A stretch of 11,924 bases of DNA from NCBI GenBank assembly GCA_048939245.1, contig JBHLPR010000068.1, positions 1 through 11,924 on the forward strand. The letters are read 5' to 3'. Below are positions 9,111-11,924 of the stretch, piece after piece. The notes beneath the pieces are model-generated. The model ran no database searches. It was not told the origin of the DNA and saw only the letters and a list, made by a program, of their open reading frames with translations. The position numbers and the translations under genes were made by a program. Source of the DNA: Promethearchaeota archaeon. GTDB lineage: Archaea > Asgardarchaeota > Hermodarchaeia > Hermodarchaeales > Hermodarchaeaceae. The first letter of the stretch is position 1. The number at the start of each line of letters is the position of its first letter.

Positions 9111-9128
9111 GGACGCTAGCAAAAATGA

Positions 9129-9304
9129 GTACAGGCAGACCACAAGCTGGAGGGTTCCCAAAAAGAAGGGTCTGCCTGTACGGGGCGGTTTATCCGCCAT
9201 TTCCAGGGCACCACTTAATGCCCTAGAAACCCATGCGTATTCCCTGGACTACTGTTCTGGAAGGTATGTGGTCGCAAAACCACGTAACCAGCGTAATGGA
9301 AGTG
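9129..9304. repeat. Copy 1 of a ~176-bp tandem multi-hairpin element (candidate structured ncRNA)
   Basis: Stems GTACAGGCAGACC/GGTCTGCCTGTAC (9129-41/9169-81), GGCGG/CCGCC (9184-88/9194-98), TTTCCAGGGCA/TGCCCTAGAAA (9200-10/9219-29), TATGTGGT/ACCACGTA (9265-72/9279-86). Colinear with copy 2. Confidence 0.85.
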
Positions 9305-9480
9305 GTACAGGCAGATCCTTGCAGGAGGCTAAGAAAATGTGATCTGCCTGTACGAGCGGTTTGTTCCGCAAATTCTAGGATGCTTCCCATCATCCTAGAA
9401 ACCCACGCGATTTCCCTGGAGTCAGTGTTGTGGAAGGATGGCCAAAGAGGTTGCCATCAAAATCAGCAGGATGCAAAGGC
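9305..9480. repeat. Copy 2 of a ~176-bp tandem multi-hairpin element (candidate structured ncRNA)
   Basis: Stems GTACAGGCAGATC/GATCTGCCTGTAC (9305-17/9341-53), GCGG/CCGC (9356-59/9366-69), TTCTAGGATG/CATCCTAGAA (9373-82/9391-9400), GATGGC/GCCATC (9437-42/9453-58). Right boundary approximate; overlaps the 3' end of the 9422 ORF. Confidence 0.85.
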
Positions 9481-9772
9481 AAGCCAAGGCTAAGAGAATA
9501 CACTGAAACCAAGTTTCTGTGATATTGTTGAGAAACCAAGTGGCTAGCCTAAGTGATAACATTTCCTGGGTTCTATCAACGTCAGATGAAAAAATAGGAT
9601 TAGAGCCTGTCAAATTGGAAGGACTTGTGACCGGAGCTGGATTTGCTTGTGTTTCTACAGGCACGATATTCACGTGAAATCCAAAATAGAATCCAGCGGC
9701 TACGAAAATCGTTAGTAAGAAAAGTGCCCACCTTTTTGATGTGGACCAGTTCATCGACTGTCGTCGAGTCAT
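9422..9772 (-). CDS. Hypothetical small membrane protein (two hydrophobic segments flanking a P/S/T/N-rich linker)
   Basis: KRWALFLLTIFVAAGFYFGF ... CILLALACLCILLILMATSLAIL. ATG 9772 is preceded by TGAGGGATTG, the same 10-mer found before the GNAT start. Alternative starts are TTG 9781 and ATG 9754. Confidence 0.6.
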   Translation of the reverse strand: MTRRQSMNWSTSKRWALFLLTIFVAAGFYFGFHVNIVPVETQANPAPVTSPSNLTGSNPIFSSDVDRTQEMLSLRLATWFLNNITETWFQCILLALACLCILLILMATSLAILPQH

Positions 9773-9810
9773 CAGCTCCAATCCCTCAGTGGCGCTGTCT
9801 TTTTTTTCTC

Positions 9811-9819
9811 TTATAAATA
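9811..9819. promoter_or_regulatory. TATA-like element in the divergent gap between the small ORF and pyrG
   Basis: TTATAAATA on + (TATTTATAA on -). Direction cannot be assigned from sequence. Confidence 0.4.
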
Positions 9820-9884
9820 TGTAATGATGGAGGCACTAGCTAGCTTACCGCTAGCCTTATGTAGTGGTTAGTAAAGGAGGAAAT

Positions 9885-11543
9885 ATGCCTAAGTTTATTT
9901 TTGTAACAGGTGGGGTCTTGTCCGGAATCGGAAAAGGGCATACCACTGCAAGTATTGCTAAGCTGTTACAGTTTCGTGGCTATGAAATCGATTTAGTAAA
10001 AATTGATCCATATCTCAATGTAGATCCTGGTACCTTAAATCCCGTTGAGCATGGAGAGCCGTTCATTACCGATCAGGTTTTTGAATTTAATCCGGCTCCT
10101 AGTTTTGAATATACTTCTGCAGAAGTGGATCAGGATTTCGGGACCTATGAGCGGTTTATTGGTCGGGCGATTCATCCTCGGAATAATATCACTTCTGGAC
10201 AGGTCTATCTGAGTGTGATTTTGCAGGAACGATTGGGAACGTTCTTGGGGAAGACGGTCCAAATTATTCCACATGTCACTGATGAGATTAAACGCCGTTT
10301 ACGAGATGTTGGACGTGCTGTGAAGGGATTAGATGTTGTTATGGTTGAAATCGGAGGGACTGTAGGAGATATTGAAGCAGCACCTTTTCTGGAAGCGATC
10401 AGACAGTTTCGGCTGGAAGAGGATTCGTGTGATACCCTACTAGCACATGTGACCCTTGTTCCTTTATTGTCTACTGTTGGTGAATTGAAAACTAAACCCA
10501 CCCAACACTCAGTAAAGCAACTACAGGCCTTGGGATTACAACCTGATGTGATTATTGCACGGGGTAAGATCTCGCTCACAGAAGATGCACGTCGGAAAAT
10601 CGCTTTACACAGTAATGTTCCCCAGGAGGCTGTCATCTCTAATCCGGATCTTGATGAAATCTATGAATTGCCCTTGAAATTTTATGAGCAGGGATTGGAT
10701 GCAATTATTCTTCAGCGATTGGAAATGATGGCTCGACCACCAGCTGGGATGGCAGCTTGGCAACAAGTGGTGGAACGTTTCGTGAATACTTCCAGGCACC
10801 TTCGTGTTGCTATGCCTGGGAAATATGTAGCCATGGCTGATACCTATGTTAGCATTAATGAGGCTTTGCGAGCTGCCGGAGCCCATCAGGGTACAGCCGT
10901 GAGTATTGATGTGGTTGATTCGGAACAACTGGAGGAAAATGAGAACGCGAGGAATCAACTCCTTCAATATGATGGACTGCTACTCACTCCGGGGTTTGGC
11001 ACCCGTGGAACTGAGGGAATGATTCGTGCAGCTTGGATAGCTGTTGAAAAGGATTTACCCTTTCTTGGTATTTGCTTTGGCGCACAACTACTCTTCGTAG
11101 CCTTGTGTCGAAACGCACTTGGGATGAAAAAAGCGAATAGCACCGAGCTTGATGAGAACACACCCTACCCCGTTGTCGATTTTCTTCCAGAACAAAAGGA
11201 GGTTGAAGAGAAAGGAGGAACCATGCGACTAGCAGGGCATCCCGTCCATATTAGACCTTCTACAAAACTGCGGAGTATCTACAAGAAATCGAAGGTCCGT
11301 GAACGATTCCGACACCGTTATCACCTAATGTGGGATCCCGCCAAAAAAGCGGAAGAGATTGGCTTGCTCGTTTCAGCTACGGATAAGACTGGAAAAATCA
11401 TAAATGCGATTGAAATGGCAGATAAGTTTTGGATGGTCGGCGTTCAGTATCATCCTGAATATATTTCTCGTCCTGATACACCTCATCCACTCTATTCTTC
11501 CTTTGTAAAAGCAATGCTCCAGCGAAAGCACGCGAAAAGATAA
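9885..11543 (+). CDS. pyrG: CTP synthase
   Basis: [64 protein letters not shown], and glutaminase motifs GICFG and QYHPE. Start set at ATG 9885, 4 nt after AGGAGG (9875-9880). Confidence 0.98.
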   Translation: MPKFIFVTGGVLSGIGKGHTTASIAKLLQFRGYEIDLVKIDPYLNVDPGTLNPVEHGEPFITDQVFEFNPAPSFEYTSAEVDQDFGTYERFIGRAIHPRNNITSGQVYLSVILQERLGTFLGKTVQIIPHVTDEIKRRLRDVGRAVKGLDVVMVEIGGTVGDIEAAPFLEAIRQFRLEEDSCDTLLAHVTLVPLLSTVGELKTKPTQHSVKQLQALGLQPDVIIARGKISLTEDARRKIALHSNVPQEAVISNPDLDEIYELPLKFYEQGLDAIILQRLEMMARPPAGMAAWQQVVERFVNTSRHLRVAMPGKYVAMADTYVSINEALRAAGAHQGTAVSIDVVDSEQLEENENARNQLLQYDGLLLTPGFGTRGTEGMIRAAWIAVEKDLPFLGICFGAQLLFVALCRNALGMKKANSTELDENTPYPVVDFLPEQKEVEEKGGTMRLAGHPVHIRPSTKLRSIYKKSKVRERFRHRYHLMWDPAKKAEEIGLLVSATDKTGKIINAIEMADKFWMVGVQYHPEYISRPDTPHPLYSSFVKAMLQRKHAKR

Positions 11544-11583
11544 GGGAAATAAGGAACCAAAGTACACCAAGGGCGCGACAACA

Positions 11584-11924
11584 ATGACTGATTCAGAAAT
11601 ACCTCAAGAAAACGAACTTGTACCGGCCAAGGATCAACCTGGTTTAATACGTCTACGCCCCACGATTGACGAGTACTTCTCCCAGTTTGCCGATCTTGCA
11701 GCAACTCGTTCCACCTGTATTCGGCGTCAAGTTGGTGCAGTTCTTGTACGTGATAAACACATTCTCTCGACTGGTTATAATGGCGCTCCAGCACATATGA
11801 AGCATTGTACTACTGAAACCTGTTTACGGTTAAAAGCCGATGTAAAGCCTGGAGAACGTCATGAATTATGCCGAGGAGTACACGCTGAACAGAACGCGAT
11901 TATCCAATGTGCCTTGCATGGTGT
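11584..11924 (+). CDS. dCMP deaminase (ComEB-like cytidine/deoxycytidylate deaminase family), 3'-truncated
   Basis: Absent from the ORF track because there is no stop in the window. Manual translation gives MTDSEIP...RPTIDEYF...[30 protein letters not shown]...HC...CLR...[20 protein letters not shown], with the HAE zinc motif. Confidence 0.93.
   Translation, partial: MTDSEIPQENELVPAKDQPGLIRLRPTIDEYFSQFADLAATRSTCIRRQVGAVLVRDKHILSTGYNGAPAHMKHCTTETCLRLKADVKPGERHELCRGVHAEQNAIIQCALHG

Noticed and set aside
9129-9353. REP/REPIN or MITE identity (GTAC-GGCAGACC loosely recalls GTAG-type REPs)
   Set aside because: The arms lack their own internal palindrome, there is no transposase or target-site duplication in view, and conservation extends well beyond the inverted repeat. 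Not fully excluded; genome-wide copy number would decide.
9395-9424. Selenocysteine read-through of the TGA at 9424-9422 with downstream hairpins acting as SECIS
   Set aside because: Read-through adds only LQGNRVGF before a TAG, there is no redox-motif context, and no SECIS-like core is conserved in both copies.
9129-9480. CRISPR array interpretation of the repeated GTACAGGCAGA/TCTGCCTGTAC
   Set aside because: The repeats are inverted pairs within two long units, the intervening sequences are homologous rather than unique spacers, and no cas genes are present.
9025-9493. Plus-strand ORFs 9025-9342 and 9233-9493
   Set aside because: No recognisable domain. They run across a promoter-like region and the hairpin repeats, whose indels do not preserve frame.
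9422-9772. Small membrane protein as substrate of the archaeosortase
   Set aside because: Its C-terminal TM ends in LPQH with no basic cluster and no recognisable PGF/PEF/PEP-type motif, and the gene is 6 kb away.

Overview
Archaeal-looking chromosomal window (GGAGGTG-type Shine-Dalgarno sites, TATA/BRE-like promoters, archaeal-type PyrB/PyrI/PyrF; an Asgard-like origin is only a guess). It is dominated by a pyrimidine-nucleotide cluster: pyrB (5'-truncated)-pyrI-pyrF/pyrE fusion on +, converging on pyrD-pyrC-pyrK plus an archaeosortase/exosortase-family gene on -, and pyrG followed by a 3'-truncated dCMP deaminase on +. Between the pyr blocks are a GNAT acetyltransferase, a PadR(+zinc ribbon)/HAAS-domain membrane protein pair with a candidate promoter, operator and terminator, and a small two-TM protein. 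The most unusual feature is non-coding: two tandem ~176-bp copies (9129-9304 and 9305-~9480) of a multi-hairpin element whose stems are maintained by compensatory base changes while the loops diverge. I do not recognise it; it is a candidate novel structured RNA or ssDNA element.
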